Below are positions 8,344 through 19,407 of a DNA stretch of 64,000 bases, piece after piece. The stretch lies in assembly GCA_045652245.1 (NCBI GenBank), contig JAZRTY010000039.1, forward strand, positions 4,214-68,213, given 5' to 3'. Position 1 is the first letter of the stretch. The number at the start of each line of letters is the position of its first letter. The notes below the pieces were generated by a model. That model made no database searches. It was not told the origin of the DNA and saw only the letters and a list, made by a program, of their open reading frames with translations. The stretch comes from Eubacteriales bacterium. GTDB taxonomy: Bacteria; Bacillota; Clostridia; Oscillospirales; CAG-382. Both the position numbers and the translations under genes were made by a program.

Positions 8344-10689
8344 TTATTTCACCTTAACAAGCACGCAGGACATATCGTCGTCGTGAGTTGAAGCGGACAC
8401 GGCAAGGTCGAGAATTTTAGATGCAACTGTCTCACAGGAGGCGCCTGCGTTTTCCGACATAACACGGCAAAGCGAAGTTCCACAATCAATAGACGAGCTT
8501 ATTCCGTCGGACAGCATTATGATTGTATCCCCCGAGAAAACATCAAAGGAGGTATTTTCTGCCGAAAAGCCCTCAATGATCCCACAGGGTGGTGTATCCG
8601 AGGAAACCTTGAAAAGTTTGGCACTCCTCATAAGGTAGGCAGGGGCGGCACCTGCTTTAATAAAGGAAGCCTTTTTTGAAAGCAGGTCAAGCTCAAGCAG
8701 GTCTACACTTGAAAAGCATTCCTTGTTTTTTGACATTAAGAGACTATTCAGCAGCTCTATTGTAACTCCTTTTCCTGCACCGCCGCAAAGGAGCTTTTCA
8801 ATAAATACCGATGTAATTTTCGAGGTCATCGCAGCATCCCTGCCGCTGCCCATTCCGTCGGCAATAAGAGCATAAAAGAAACTGTCGTCACTTTTGAAAA
8901 AGGATATTGTATCGCCGCTTATAACCTCGCCGCTTTTTGTGTGCGAGGCTTTTACATATTCAACCGTTATTACCTCTTTTGAGACGAAACGGATGGTAAA
9001 GGTTCCGTTTTCTTCAAAGATAAATTCGGGAATGGCAAAAATTACGCCACATTCTGAGCTATAGTAGGCTGCCATATTCTCTGACGGCTTTGTGACTGAG
9101 GAAACCGGGACTCCACAGATATCAAAAGTTTTCTTTCTGGTACCGTAGACGCTGACGCTTTTAAAGGGCAGTCCGAGCTTCTTTGTGGCTGAATACGCAA
9201 GATTTGTCATCTTCCTGTCGAAGGTTGTGTCCTCGCCCGAAAGGCGAGAGGTATATTTCAGAATTTTTGCAACCGTACTGTACTCACGGGCAAGGATTTC
9301 GGTTTTATTGTTACGGAATCTGTCGGAAAGAGTTTTTCTGTATTCTCCGTTTATCCCCTCGCAGATGGCGTTCGGGTGTCGGCACAGGCTTTTGAGCTTT
9401 TCGGGAAGTGCGGCGCTTGTGAGCTTTCCCGACAGAAGCTTTGATGTGATTTCGTGCCCTGAATACAGGTGCTTGAGCTTGCACATTTTGGATACCTCGC
9501 ACGTACTGCAATGCTTTGCGCTCACAACAGAGCAGATTACCGTCGCCTCCTCCTGTGTTACAAATTTCATTCTACCCGAATAGCCATAACAGAGCTTTGA
9601 AACCGAATTAAAAGCACCCGACAGCGAGGAGATTCTCCTGGTGTATGCTTCCCCGACCACCTCTGCGCTTTTTGGAGTATCAAGGCTTGCCTGTGATTGG
9701 TGCTTACGGATGTAACAGGCAACCGGAAGAAAAAGGAGAGAGGAAAGAAGAACGGCGCCGATTGTCGAATAACCGATTACCGGCAGATTGCAGGTAAAAA
9801 GCATAAGAGCCGAACAGGTAAGTGAAAAACCTATGTGTGCAAAAGGGATATTTCTTGAAAAAAGCCGGATATACACGAATGCAGCAACGCACAAGGGGGC
9901 ACAAAAGGAGTATTGCAGCGTTGCAAAGCCTAAAATGACACAGGATAAAAGCGCAAAGCCCTCGTCAAAGCACAGGGAAAAGAAAAGTGCCGTAAGGCAA
10001 GCAAAAAGCACCGAGCCGAAAAGTCCGGGCAGTACAAAATTCAGCGACATTGTAAGACACGCACAAAAGAACAACACAGATACCTTTGAAAGCTTGGTAT
10101 AACAGATTGTGGGATAGAGAAGATAAGAACAGACCGGCAGAGTTATAATATAGGAAATGCCACGCAAGAGGGTGTCGGAGGAAAGAGAACTCTTCCCTGC
10201 AAGAGTTCCTTCGCAAAGGAGCGCTCCGAAGATAAAAATGCCTGTAAAACAGGCAAGAACGGTTCGTACATTTTTTGATTCCGAGAAGGTATCCGACAGT
10301 AAAAGCTTCCTTATTATATATATAAGGGTATTTATACCGAAAAAGGCAAAACCGTTTTTATCGTATGTAAGACAGGCTATAGCACTTCCCATATACGAGA
10401 AAAAGGAAAGCTCGCCTGAGGAAATAAGAAGCGAAAGCCCGAGAGGGTATACCCCGAAGCCGAGGTTTGCCTTTCCGAAGACGAAGCCGCAAAGGGCAAG
10501 GGCGATACATCTGATTGCAAGGTATGCAAAGGAAAGATTTTTTTCCGAAAAGAGAACTTTCACAAGTCTTGAACGGGTAATGGCGACAAAGGCGTTTGAA
10601 ATCTGCGATTTCAGCTTTCTTTTTGCTGTACTTAGCCCGGTTTTTATTCTTTCTGTATATGAGCGTTCGGTTTTTTCTGTCTTATTCAT
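8344..10689 (-). CDS. spoIIE: Stage II sporulation protein E (membrane PP2C phosphatase)
   Basis: N-terminal TM region, CxxC..C regulatory segment, C-terminal PP2C motifs SGD, ADGMGSG, KAGAAP, LSDG and DDMS. Confidence 0.85.
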   Translation of the reverse strand: MNKTEKTERSYTERIKTGLSTAKRKLKSQISNAFVAITRSRLVKVLFSEKNLSFAYLAIRCIALALCGFVFGKANLGFGVYPLGLSLLISSGELSFFSYMGSAIACLTYDKNGFAFFGINTLIYIIRKLLLSDTFSESKNVRTVLACFTGIFIFGALLCEGTLAGKSSLSSDTLLRGISYIITLPVCSYLLYPTICYTKLSKVSVLFFCACLTMSLNFVLPGLFGSVLFACLTALFFSLCFDEGFALLSCVILGFATLQYSFCAPLCVAAFVYIRLFSRNIPFAHIGFSLTCSALMLFTCNLPVIGYSTIGAVLLSSLLFLPVACYIRKHQSQASLDTPKSAEVVGEAYTRRISSLSGAFNSVSKLCYGYSGRMKFVTQEEATVICSVVSAKHCSTCEVSKMCKLKHLYSGHEITSKLLSGKLTSAALPEKLKSLCRHPNAICEGINGEYRKTLSDRFRNNKTEILAREYSTVAKILKYTSRLSGEDTTFDRKMTNLAYSATKKLGLPFKSVSVYGTRKKTFDICGVPVSSVTKPSENMAAYYSSECGVIFAIPEFIFEENGTFTIRFVSKEVITVEYVKASHTKSGEVISGDTISFFKSDDSFFYALIADGMGSGRDAAMTSKITSVFIEKLLCGGAGKGVTIELLNSLLMSKNKECFSSVDLLELDLLSKKASFIKAGAAPAYLMRSAKLFKVSSDTPPCGIIEGFSAENTSFDVFSGDTIIMLSDGISSSIDCGTSLCRVMSENAGASCETVASKILDLAVSASTHDDDMSCVLVKVK

Positions 10690-10771
10690 TGCTTTTTCGA
10701 CGTCCTTTCGTTGGATATGAGGTCATTTGTGTTGTTTTTTCTAATAGTACTACAATATGTAGGTAGATTAT

Positions 10772-10778
10772 TGTCGAA
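10772..10778 (+). promoter_or_regulatory. Spo0A box upstream of spoIIE
   Basis: Perfect TGTCGAA ~85 bp upstream of the spoIIE start; spoIIE is an established Spo0A target. Confidence 0.55.
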
Positions 10779-10834
10779 GTTGAGAAAGCTTGTATAATTT
10801 ACAAATTGGTAACAAAATATCCTATGAATGTTTA

Positions 10835-10863
10835 TTGAAAAAAGCGATAGTATAATGTATAAT
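10835..10863 (+). promoter_or_regulatory. Sigma-A promoter of the S10 operon
   Basis: TTGAAA-17bp-TATAAT. Confidence 0.7.
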
Positions 10864-10874
10864 ATCAAAGCTTG

Positions 10875-10970
10875 ATGTGCGATGAAGCGGGAGGTTGCGA
10901 GGATTGCGAGAGCAAAAACTCGGTAATTTCCGTGGAGTATGTCCGACAACCGGGCGACAGCAAATACTGA
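10875..10970 (+). ncRNA. rpsJ (S10 operon) ribosomal leader, Firmicutes type
   Basis: GATGAAGCGGGAGGTTGC...TTTCCGTGGAG-TATGTCCG...CGGGCGA resembles the conserved Bacillus/Clostridia rpsJ leader. Confidence 0.65.
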
Positions 10971-11340
10971 ACCAAGCGTAAAATTATCTCCGATTAAACA
11001 ATCTTGTCAAGCAGAGAAGTGTCTTCGGAAGGTGGTTTTGCAAGGTTTTATATTCTTTCCGAACAATCCAGCGTGGAACGGCTCGAAGTTTCGTGTACGC
11101 CACAAGGTTTGTGCCGATTTTGTATCTTGCGTATGCAAAGACGGTTTGGGTGAAAGGATGAAGGCTTCCCGGATTTTTCCCCACGTGCGTGGTTCTGGAA
11201 AAATTCGGTTTTTATTTGGGCGAACAATGAAACGCCCGGATAAGTGTTCAGAAATTTCTGTCTCACATTTAATCTTTCAAGTCGCGTGCCTACATTCTAT
11301 TATATGTGCGTGACGCAAAATTTTAAAGGAGGCAAAGAAA

Positions 11341-11652
11341 ATGGCAAAAAACGAGAAAATCAGAATCAGACTCAAGGCGTATGATCACACTCTTATCGAC
11401 CAGGCTGCTGAAAAGATAGTTGAGGCTGCTAAGAGAAACGACGCAAAGGTATCCGGTCCTATTCCGCTGCCTACAGAGAAGGAAATCGTTACTATTCTCC
11501 GTGCTGTTCACAAGTACAAGGACGCAAGAGAACAGTTCGAATTCCGTACTCACAAGAGACTTATTGATATCTTGAAGCCCACACAGAAGACAGTAGATGC
11601 TCTTATGAGCCTCGAACTCCCTGCAGGTGTTGAGATTGAAATAAAGCTTTAA
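11341..11652 (+). CDS. rpsJ: 30S ribosomal protein S10
   Basis: [11 protein letters not shown] and GPIPLPT motifs. Confidence 0.99.
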   Translation: MAKNEKIRIRLKAYDHTLIDQAAEKIVEAAKRNDAKVSGPIPLPTEKEIVTILRAVHKYKDAREQFEFRTHKRLIDILKPTQKTVDALMSLELPAGVEIEIKL

Positions 11653-11822
11653 TTCCCTATAACTTATAGGAAGTTAGAAAAACCGAAGAATGTGTGATTT
11701 ACCGACGCACAGACTTCATTCCCTTAATTTTCTTAAGGGGGTCACGTTGGTGGGTTGTCCGGAGGAAAACCTCAATGGATAATTTAAGGCCCGCTAACCA
11801 ATAACCTAAGGAGGAAAAGAAA

Positions 11823-12452
11823 ATGAAAAAAGCAATCATTGGCAAAAAACTCGGTATGACTCAGATTTTCGACGAAGTTGGAAACGTAATCCCGGTAACT
11901 GTAATCGAAGCAGGTCCCTGCGCTGTTGTTCAGAAGAAGACAGTTGAAAACGACGGCTACGATGCAGTTCAGCTCGGCTTTATGGACATCGCCGAAAGAA
12001 AGCTCACAAAGCCCGCAAAGGGTCACTTCGCAAAAGCAGGTGTTTCTCTTAAGAAGCATCTCAAGGAATTCAAGCTTGACGACGCAGCTAACATGAACGT
12101 TGGCGACGAAATCAAGGCTGATATCTTTGAGGCAGGCGAAAGAGTTGACATCACAGGCATCACAAGAGGTCACGGTTTTTCAGGTGTTATCAAGAGATGG
12201 AACCAGAGCACTCAGGAAGCATCTCACGGTATCGGCCCGATTCACCGTCACATCGGTTCTGTAGGAGCTAACTCTACTCCTTCAAGAATCTTCAAGAACA
12301 AGCATATGCCTGGTCAGTACGGTAACGAAAAAGTTACTATGCTCAATCTTGACATAGTAAAAATCGATGCGGAAAAGAATCTTATCGCTGTTAAGGGCGC
12401 AGTTCCCGGAAGAAGTGGCGGTATCGTATTTATCCGTTCGACAGTAAAGTAA
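11823..12452 (+). CDS. rplC: 50S ribosomal protein L3
   Basis: [10 protein letters not shown] motif and operon position. Confidence 0.98.
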   Translation: MKKAIIGKKLGMTQIFDEVGNVIPVTVIEAGPCAVVQKKTVENDGYDAVQLGFMDIAERKLTKPAKGHFAKAGVSLKKHLKEFKLDDAANMNVGDEIKADIFEAGERVDITGITRGHGFSGVIKRWNQSTQEASHGIGPIHRHIGSVGANSTPSRIFKNKHMPGQYGNEKVTMLNLDIVKIDAEKNLIAVKGAVPGRSGGIVFIRSTVK

Positions 12453-12469
12453 GCGAAGGAGGATAAACA

Positions 12470-13090
12470 ATGCCAAATGTAAAGATGTTCGATATGGCAG
12501 GTAACGAAAAGGGCGAAATTACTCTTGCTGAAGGCGTTTTCGGCGTAGAAGTTAACGTTCCCGTTCTTCATTCGGTTATCCGCGCGTATCTTTTAAATCA
12601 GAGACAGGGTACTCAGAGTACCAAGACCCGTGCAGAAGTTTCCGGCGGCGGTATCAAGCCCTGGAAGCAGAAAGGCACAGGTAGAGCAAGACAGGGTTCA
12701 ACACGTTCACCTCAGTGGACACACGGTGGTATCGCATTCGGACCTAAGCCCCGTGACTGGAGAGTTTCTATCAACAAGAAGGTTAAGAGAGTTGCTATGC
12801 AGTCTGCTCTTTCTTCTAAGGTTGCTGACGGTGACCTTATCGTTGTTGACACTCTTGCAATGACAGAATACAAGACAAAGACTATCGCAGGAATGCTTAA
12901 GGCTCTCGGCGCTAAGAAAGCACTCATCGTGCTTCCTGAAGTTGACAAGATGGTTGTAGCTTCTGCTGCAAACATTCCCGGAGTAAAGACAGCAATCCCC
13001 GGAACACTTAACGCATACGACATCCTCAAGTACGACAAGTTCATCGTAGCTAAGGATGCTGTAGCAAAGATCGAGGAGGTATACGCATAA
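12470..13090 (+). CDS. rplD: 50S ribosomal protein L4
   Basis: [15 protein letters not shown] motif. Confidence 0.98.
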   Translation: MPNVKMFDMAGNEKGEITLAEGVFGVEVNVPVLHSVIRAYLLNQRQGTQSTKTRAEVSGGGIKPWKQKGTGRARQGSTRSPQWTHGGIAFGPKPRDWRVSINKKVKRVAMQSALSSKVADGDLIVVDTLAMTEYKTKTIAGMLKALGAKKALIVLPEVDKMVVASAANIPGVKTAIPGTLNAYDILKYDKFIVAKDAVAKIEEVYA

Positions 13091-13383
13091 TGAAAACAAT
13101 GCATGACGTAATCATCCGCCCGATAATCACAGAGGCAAGCATGGACAGAATTGCCGACAAGAAGTACACCTTTGAAGTAGCTAAGAATTCTAACAAGGTT
13201 GAAATCGCAAAGGCTTGTGAAGAGCTCTTCGGCGTAAAGGTTGAAAAGGTAACTGTTATAGCAATGAAGTCAAAGAACAAGAGAGTTGGATATCACCTCG
13301 GCAAGACTTCCGAATGGAAGAAAGCAATCGTAAAGCTTACAGCTGATTCCAAGACAATCGAGTTCTTCGATGAAATGATGTAA
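13090..13383 (+). CDS. rplW: 50S ribosomal protein L23
   Basis: PIITE and WKKAIVKL motifs. Confidence 0.97.
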   Translation: MKTMHDVIIRPIITEASMDRIADKKYTFEVAKNSNKVEIAKACEELFGVKVEKVTVIAMKSKNKRVGYHLGKTSEWKKAIVKLTADSKTIEFFDEMM

Positions 13384-13518
13384 TTTACAAAAGAAGACGG
13401 AAAAAACCAAATTCTTTGGATGGCAGATGTGTGAATGTCGCAAACGGCAGATGTGCGACAGGCTGACAGTTCAGAACACTTATCTGCACAAAAAAACTGC
13501 CGAGAAATGGAGTAAACA

Positions 13519-14352
13519 ATGGCTAATAAGACATATAAACCTACTACTCCGGCCAGAAGAAATATGACTGTTCCGGGCTTTGAGGAAATTACAAAGAAGA
13601 CTCCCGAAAAAAGCCTTATTACAGTTCTTAAGAAGAACGCCGGACGTAATAATACAGGTAAAATCACCGTTCGTCATCAGGGCGGCGGCAACAGAAAGAA
13701 ATACAGAATTATCGACTTCAAGAAGAACATTCAGGATGTTCCTGCAAAGGTTATCGGAATTGAGTACGATCCTAACAGAACAGCTTACATCGCTCTTCTT
13801 CAGTATGAAAACGGTACAAAGACATACAGCATCGCTCCTGTGGGACTCACAGCAGGCGACACTGTAATCAACAGTGCTAATGCTGATATTAAGGTTGGTA
13901 ACGTTCTTCCTATCGCTAATATTCCGGTAGGTACATTTATCCACAACATCGAACTTTATCCCGGTAAGGGCGGTCAGCTTGTACGTAGTGCAGGTGCTGC
14001 AGCTCAGCTTATGGCTAAGGAAAACGGTGTAGCACAGGTAAGACTTCCTTCAGGTGAAGTTAGAATCGTAAGACTCGACTGCAAGGCTACAATCGGTCAG
14101 GTTGGCAATCTTGAACACGAAAATATCAAGATTGGTAAAGCCGGTAAGAAGCGTCACATGGGTATCCGCCCGACAGTACGTGGTTCTGTAATGAACCCCT
14201 GCGACCATCCTCACGGTGGTGGTGAAGGTCGTGCTCCTATCGGTAGACCCTCCCCTGTTACACCCTGGGGTAAGCCTACTATGGGTTATAAGACCAGAAA
14301 CAAGAAGGCAAGAACTAATAAGTTCATTGTTAAGAGAAGAAACGATAAGTAA
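13519..14352 (+). CDS. rplB: 50S ribosomal protein L2
   Basis: EYDPNRTA and [13 protein letters not shown] motifs. Confidence 0.99.
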   Translation: MANKTYKPTTPARRNMTVPGFEEITKKTPEKSLITVLKKNAGRNNTGKITVRHQGGGNRKKYRIIDFKKNIQDVPAKVIGIEYDPNRTAYIALLQYENGTKTYSIAPVGLTAGDTVINSANADIKVGNVLPIANIPVGTFIHNIELYPGKGGQLVRSAGAAAQLMAKENGVAQVRLPSGEVRIVRLDCKATIGQVGNLEHENIKIGKAGKKRHMGIRPTVRGSVMNPCDHPHGGGEGRAPIGRPSPVTPWGKPTMGYKTRNKKARTNKFIVKRRNDK

Positions 14353-14406
14353 TATAGCGATATAAACGTTATAAACTCCAAAGTTTTTTAGAAGGAGGCA
14401 AACAGA

Positions 14407-14685
14407 ATGAGCAGAAGTATCAAAAAGGGACCATATGTAGAAGCTAAGCTCTTTACAAGAATCGAAGCTATGAACGCTGCCGGTGAAAAGAGAGTTCTTA
14501 AGACTTGGTCCAGAGCTTCAACAATATTCCCTCAGTTCGTAGGACACACAATTGCAGTTCATGATGGCAGAAAGCACGTGCCGGTTTATGTTACCGAAGA
14601 TATGGTAGGTCACAAGCTCGGTGAGTTCGCACCCACAAGAACTTTTAAGGGTCATGCGGGCACTAAGACATCAAACAACGGTTGA
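14407..14685 (+). CDS. rpsS: 30S ribosomal protein S19
   Basis: KTWSRAS and [11 protein letters not shown] motifs. Confidence 0.99.
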   Translation: MSRSIKKGPYVEAKLFTRIEAMNAAGEKRVLKTWSRASTIFPQFVGHTIAVHDGRKHVPVYVTEDMVGHKLGEFAPTRTFKGHAGTKTSNNG

Positions 14686-14757
14686 TAATTGTTAAAGCAT
14701 AGATATACGCAAATCCGATATACTCGGTAAGATTTGCGAAAGGAGGAAATGACAAAG

Positions 14758-15093
14758 ATGGAAGCAAAGGCTTATTTAAAAGATTTAAGAATTTCTCCCA
14801 GAAAAGTTAAAATTGTTCTTGATTTAATAAGAGGAAAAGACGCTGCAACTGCTGCAGGTATCCTTATGAATACAAGAAAGGCAGCTTCAGAACCTGTACT
14901 TAAGCTTCTGAAGAGTGCTATGGCAAATGCTGAAAACAATATGAGCATGGACGTAAGCAAGCTCTATGTTTCTCAGTGCTTCGTAACAGAAGGCAGAACA
15001 GCTAAAAGAATTATGCCCCGTGCACAGGGTAGAGCTTTCAGAATATTTAAGAGAAGCTCACACATTACTCTTGCAGTGGCTGAAAAAGAATAA
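14758..15093 (+). CDS. rplV: 50S ribosomal protein L22
   Basis: RISPRK and PRAQGRA motifs; start placed at ATG 14758 after AGGAGG (alternative 14749). Confidence 0.96.
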   Translation: MEAKAYLKDLRISPRKVKIVLDLIRGKDAATAAGILMNTRKAASEPVLKLLKSAMANAENNMSMDVSKLYVSQCFVTEGRTAKRIMPRAQGRAFRIFKRSSHITLAVAEKE

Positions 15094-15144
15094 TCCTAAG
15101 AACGCGTAAAAGCGTAAATCTAACAAGGAGGCAAATTACGAAAT

Positions 15145-15858
15145 ATGGGACAAAAGGTTAATCCCCACGGACTTCGTGTGGGCGTAATAAAAAATTGGGA
15201 TTCCAGATGGTTCGTAAAGGACGAAGTATTCGGCGACACACTCGTAGCTGACTACAAGCTCAGAACTTGGCTTAAGAACAAGCTCAAGAAAAACGGAGTT
15301 CCGAAAATTGAAATTGAAAGAGACGGCAAGGGTAAACTCAAGGTAGTTATCCATTGCGCAAAGCCCGGTACCATTATCGGTAAGGGTGGTGCAGACCTTC
15401 AGGTTCTCAAGGACGAAATCGAAGCGTTTGCAAAGCAGCCTGTTGCTATTAAGGTTGAAGAAGTTAAGTTCATTGACCTTGACGCACAGCTCGTTGCTGA
15501 AAATGTTGCTTCACAGCTTGAAAACAGAATTGCTTTCAGACGTGCTATGAAGCAGGCAATCGGCAGAACTATGAAGCTCGGCGCAAGAGGTATCAAAATC
15601 GCTTGCTCCGGAAGACTCAACGGTGCTGAAATTGCAAGAACCGAGCATTACCACGAAGGTACTATTCCGCTTCAGACAATCAGAGCTGACATTGACTACG
15701 GCTTTGCAGAAGCAGATACAACCTACGGTAAAATCGGTATCAAGGTTTGGATTTACCAGGGTGAGGTTCTCCCCACAGTAAAGAGAGAAAACCGCGGACC
15801 CCGTCGTGACAGACGTGACGACAGACGCGCAGAACGCAAGGAAGGGGGAGCTAACTAA
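15145..15858 (+). CDS. rpsC: 30S ribosomal protein S3
   Basis: [13 protein letters not shown] and [10 protein letters not shown] motifs. Confidence 0.99.
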   Translation: MGQKVNPHGLRVGVIKNWDSRWFVKDEVFGDTLVADYKLRTWLKNKLKKNGVPKIEIERDGKGKLKVVIHCAKPGTIIGKGGADLQVLKDEIEAFAKQPVAIKVEEVKFIDLDAQLVAENVASQLENRIAFRRAMKQAIGRTMKLGARGIKIACSGRLNGAEIARTEHYHEGTIPLQTIRADIDYGFAEADTTYGKIGIKVWIYQGEVLPTVKRENRGPRRDRRDDRRAERKEGGAN

Positions 15859-16283
15859 TGTTAATGCCAAAGAGAGTAAAATACAGAAGAGTTCACAGAG
15901 GCAGAATGAAGGGTGTAGCTACAAGAGGTAACAAGGTTACCAACGGTACCTTCGGTCTTCAGGCAACTGAACCCGGCTGGATTACAAGCAATCAGATAGA
16001 GGCTGCCCGTATCGCTATGACAAGATACATCAAGCGTGGTGGTCAGGTTTGGATTAAGATATTCCCCGATAAGCCGGTAACAGAAAAGCCTGCTGAAACT
16101 CGAATGGGTTCAGGTAAGGGTTCACCTGAGTACTGGGTATCGGTAGTTAAGCCCGGCAGAGTAATGTTCGAGATGGACGGCATCTCGGAAGAGGTTGCTC
16201 GTGAGGCTATGCGTCTTGCTTCACACAAGCTTCCGATTAAGTGTAAGTTTGTTAAGAAGGAAGAAACAGTAGAGGAGGCATAA
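15858..16283 (+). CDS. rplP: 50S ribosomal protein L16
   Basis: [10 protein letters not shown] and RMGSGKG motifs. Confidence 0.99.
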   Translation: MLMPKRVKYRRVHRGRMKGVATRGNKVTNGTFGLQATEPGWITSNQIEAARIAMTRYIKRGGQVWIKIFPDKPVTEKPAETRMGSGKGSPEYWVSVVKPGRVMFEMDGISEEVAREAMRLASHKLPIKCKFVKKEETVEEA

Positions 16284-16289
16284 GGCTTT

Positions 16290-16484
16290 ATGAAAATAAC
16301 GGAAATAAGAGAAAAGACTTCCGCTGAGCTTATGGAGCTTTTAAAGGAACAGAAAGCACAGCTGTTCAATCTCCGTTTTCAGCACGCAATAAATCAGCTC
16401 GACAATCCTGCGAAGATTGTTGAAACAAAGAAGACTATCGCCAAAATTCTTACAGTAATCACTGAAAAAGAAAAACAGGCATAA
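16290..16484 (+). CDS. rpmC: 50S ribosomal protein L29
   Basis: LFNLRFQ motif. Confidence 0.97.
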   Translation: MKITEIREKTSAELMELLKEQKAQLFNLRFQHAINQLDNPAKIVETKKTIAKILTVITEKEKQA

Positions 16485-16504
16485 GCGGGAAGGAGTAAGT
16501 TAAG

Positions 16505-16759
16505 ATGGAAAGAAATCTCAGAAAAACAAGAGTTGGACGCGTTGTTAGCAATAAGATGCAGAAGACAATAGTTGTTGCCATCGAGGATAACGTTAAGCAC
16601 CCGCTTTACAAGAAGGTTATCAAGAGAACCGTAAAGTTCAAGGCTCATGACGAGGAGAATGTTTGCGGAATCGGCGACAAGGTAGAAATTATGGAGACAA
16701 GACCTCTTTCTAAGGATAAGAACTGGAGACTTGTCAGAATAATTGAAAAAGCTAAGTAA
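16505..16759 (+). CDS. rpsQ: 30S ribosomal protein S17
   Basis: VVSNKMQKT and ETRPLSK motifs. Confidence 0.98.
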   Translation: MERNLRKTRVGRVVSNKMQKTIVVAIEDNVKHPLYKKVIKRTVKFKAHDEENVCGIGDKVEIMETRPLSKDKNWRLVRIIEKAK

Positions 16760-16822
16760 TTTCCACAATAATAGAAGCTGTGCGTGCAAAGACACGCACG
16801 GATATACAGGAGGACACAAGAA

Positions 16823-17191
16823 ATGTTACAACAGCAGTCTATGATGAAGGTTGCCGATAACACCGGCGCCAAGGAAATCATGTGCATTCGTGTGCTCGGC
16901 GGAACAGGCAGAAGATACGCAAGAATCGGCGACGTTGTCGTTGCGGCAGTCAAGAAAGCAACTCCCGGTGGTGTTGTTAAAAAGGGTGACGTAGTTAAGG
17001 CAGTAGTCGTAAGAACAGTACAGCCCCTTCGCCGTGCAGATGGCAGCTACATCAGATTTGATGAAAATGCAGCTGTTATTATAAAGGAAGACAAGAACCC
17101 CAGAGGTACTCGTATATTTGGACCGATTGCCAGAGAGCTTCGTGAAAAGGATTATTTAAAGATTCTTTCACTTGCTCCGGAAGTACTTTAA
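16823..17191 (+). CDS. rplN: 50S ribosomal protein L14
   Basis: VADNTGAK and SLAPEVL motifs; ATG 16823 after AGGAGG. Confidence 0.98.
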   Translation: MLQQQSMMKVADNTGAKEIMCIRVLGGTGRRYARIGDVVVAAVKKATPGGVVKKGDVVKAVVVRTVQPLRRADGSYIRFDENAAVIIKEDKNPRGTRIFGPIARELREKDYLKILSLAPEVL

Positions 17192-17203
17192 GGAGGTCGC
17201 AAA

Positions 17204-17545
17204 ATGGCTAAAATTCTTACAAAATATCAGAAGAAACTCAATGTTCGTACAGGCGACACTGTAGTTATAATTTCAGGTGATGATAAGGGCAAGACCGGTA
17301 AGGTTCTTGAAGTGTCACCGGCTGAAGGCAAAATTATCGTTGAAGGCGTTAACATGATTACAAAGCATGTAAAGCCCAGACGTGAAGGCGAAGAAGGCGG
17401 CAGAATTCAGGCTGAAGGTGCTTTCTACGCATGTAAAGCAATGGTTGTATGCTCTAAGTGTAATAAGGGCGTAAGAGTTGCTCACAAAATTCTCGAAGAT
17501 GGCTCAAAGATCCGTGTTTGTGCAAAATGCGGCGAAAGCCTTTAA
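17204..17545 (+). CDS. rplX: 50S ribosomal protein L24
   Basis: GDTVVIISGDDKGKTG KOW motif. Confidence 0.97.
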   Translation: MAKILTKYQKKLNVRTGDTVVIISGDDKGKTGKVLEVSPAEGKIIVEGVNMITKHVKPRREGEEGGRIQAEGAFYACKAMVVCSKCNKGVRVAHKILEDGSKIRVCAKCGESL

Positions 17546-17565
17546 TTTAAGGGAGGTAAAGCAAA

Positions 17566-18105
17566 ATGGCAAGACTTACAGAAATGTATAAAAATGAAGT
17601 TGCACCTGCCCTTATGAAAAAGTTCGAGTACAAGAGTCCTATGCAGATTCCGAAGATCGACAAGGTTGTTATCAACGTTGGTGCAGGTGAAGCTAAGGAT
17701 AACTCAAAGGTAATCGATAACATTATCAATGACCTTGGTATTATCACAGGTCAGAAGGCAGTTGCGACAATCGCAAAGAAATCTGTTGCTAACTTCAAAA
17801 TCCGTCAGGGTATGAAGCTTGGCGCTAAGGTTACTCTCAGAGGCGAAAAGATGTATGAGTTCCTCGACAGACTCTTCAATCTCTCTCTTCCCAGAGTTCG
17901 TGACTTCAAGGGTATCAATCCCAACTCCTTCGACGGCAGAGGTAACTACTCTCTCGGTCTTAAGGAACAGCTCATATTCCCTGAAATCGAATATGACAAG
18001 ATTGATGCTATCCGTGGTATGGATATTGCAATCGTAACAACAGCTACAAACGATGAGCATGCAAGAGAGCTTCTTGCTCTTATGGGCGCTCCGTTTGCAA
18101 AGTAA
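17566..18105 (+). CDS. rplE: 50S ribosomal protein L5
   Basis: LPRVRDFKG and FDGRGNY motifs. Confidence 0.99.
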   Translation: MARLTEMYKNEVAPALMKKFEYKSPMQIPKIDKVVINVGAGEAKDNSKVIDNIINDLGIITGQKAVATIAKKSVANFKIRQGMKLGAKVTLRGEKMYEFLDRLFNLSLPRVRDFKGINPNSFDGRGNYSLGLKEQLIFPEIEYDKIDAIRGMDIAIVTTATNDEHARELLALMGAPFAK

Positions 18106-18125
18106 TAGAGGGGTAGGAAAAGATT

Positions 18126-18311
18126 ATGGCAAAGAAATCAATGATTTTAAAGCAGCAGAGAAAGCAGAAGTTCTCTACTCGCGAATACAACAGATGTAAA
18201 ATTTGTGGCCGCCCCCATGCTTATATGAGAAAGTACGGTATCTGCCGTATCTGTTTCAGAGAGCTTGCATACAAAGGCCAGATTCCGGGCGTTAGAAAGG
18301 CAAGCTGGTAA
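18126..18311 (+). CDS. rpsN: 30S ribosomal protein S14 type Z (Zn-binding)
   Basis: 61 aa with CKIC and CRICFRE motifs. Confidence 0.98.
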   Translation: MAKKSMILKQQRKQKFSTREYNRCKICGRPHAYMRKYGICRICFRELAYKGQIPGVRKASW

Positions 18312-18361
18312 TACGCCAAGAGCGAAATACCAAAAAAATTAGCATTTAAGGAGGCAATAAA

Positions 18362-18757
18362 ATGCAGATAACAGACGTTATTGCGGATATGCTTACTCGT
18401 ATTCGTAACGCAAGCAGCGCAAAGCACGAAACAGTAGACATTCCTGCATCAGGTGTTAAGAAAGCAATCGCTGACATCCTCTGCGAGGAAGGCTACGTAA
18501 GTGGCTATCAGATAATTGAAGACGGCAAGCAGGGTATCATCAGAGTTACTCTTAAGTACAATGCAAAGAAGCCTGTAATTCAGGGTCTTCGCAGAGTATC
18601 AAAGCCGGGTCTTAGAATTTACTCAGGCTGTGAAGATATGCCGGTAGTTATGAAGGGTCTTGGTACTGCTATCATTTCTACTTCTAAGGGCATTATGACA
18701 GACAAGAAGGCAAGACGTGAACACGTTGGTGGCGAAGTTCTTGCATTCATCTGGTAA
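18362..18757 (+). CDS. rpsH: 30S ribosomal protein S8
   Basis: [11 protein letters not shown] and SKPGLRIY motifs. Confidence 0.99.
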   Translation: MQITDVIADMLTRIRNASSAKHETVDIPASGVKKAIADILCEEGYVSGYQIIEDGKQGIIRVTLKYNAKKPVIQGLRRVSKPGLRIYSGCEDMPVVMKGLGTAIISTSKGIMTDKKARREHVGGEVLAFIW

Positions 18758-18852
18758 TTTATCAAAAATAATCGGTGTATAATCACCCGTTTGCGTTTCA
18801 ATAGACAGAAAAGACGCAGGCGTACTCTAAAATCATTTTAAGGAGAAAATTT

Positions 18853-19386
18853 ATGTCAAGAATCGGAAGAATGCCGATAACTGTTCCCGCCGGAGTTGAA
18901 GTAAAACTCGACGGTGCAACACTTACGGTTAAGGGTAAGAACGGTACTCTTACACAGACTTTCCACCCTGATATGATTATCAAGGTTGAAGCTGGTGTAA
19001 TTACTGTTGAAAGACCTACAGAAAACAAAAATCACAAGGCTCTTCACGGTCTTACAAGAACACTTATCTCAAATATGGTAGTAGGTGTTACAGAAGGCTA
19101 CAAGAAGGAGCTTGAAATCAACGGCGTTGGTTACAGAGCACAGAAGAACGGCAAGAAGCTCGTTATGACACTCGGTTACTCACACCCTGTTGAAATGGAA
19201 GAACCTGCAGGCATCACATTCGATGTTCAGGAAAACAAGATTACAGTAAGCGGCGCTGACAAACAGCAGGTTGGTCAGGTTGCAGCTGAAATAAGAAGCA
19301 AGAGACCTCCGGAACCCTACCTTGGTAAGGGCGTTAAGTATGTTGAAGAACATATCAGACGTAAATCCGGTAAGGCCGGCAAATAA
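18853..19386 (+). CDS. rplF: 50S ribosomal protein L6
   Basis: MSRIG and PEPYLGKG motifs. Confidence 0.99.
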   Translation: MSRIGRMPITVPAGVEVKLDGATLTVKGKNGTLTQTFHPDMIIKVEAGVITVERPTENKNHKALHGLTRTLISNMVVGVTEGYKKELEINGVGYRAQKNGKKLVMTLGYSHPVEMEEPAGITFDVQENKITVSGADKQQVGQVAAEIRSKRPPEPYLGKGVKYVEEHIRRKSGKAGK

Positions 19387-19407
19387 CGGGAAGGAGAGAC
19401 AAGTACA

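Noticed and set aside
10939-11313. 124-aa ORF in the rpsJ leader
   Set aside because: Overlaps the leader structure and has no recognisable motifs or host-like codon usage; treated as non-coding.
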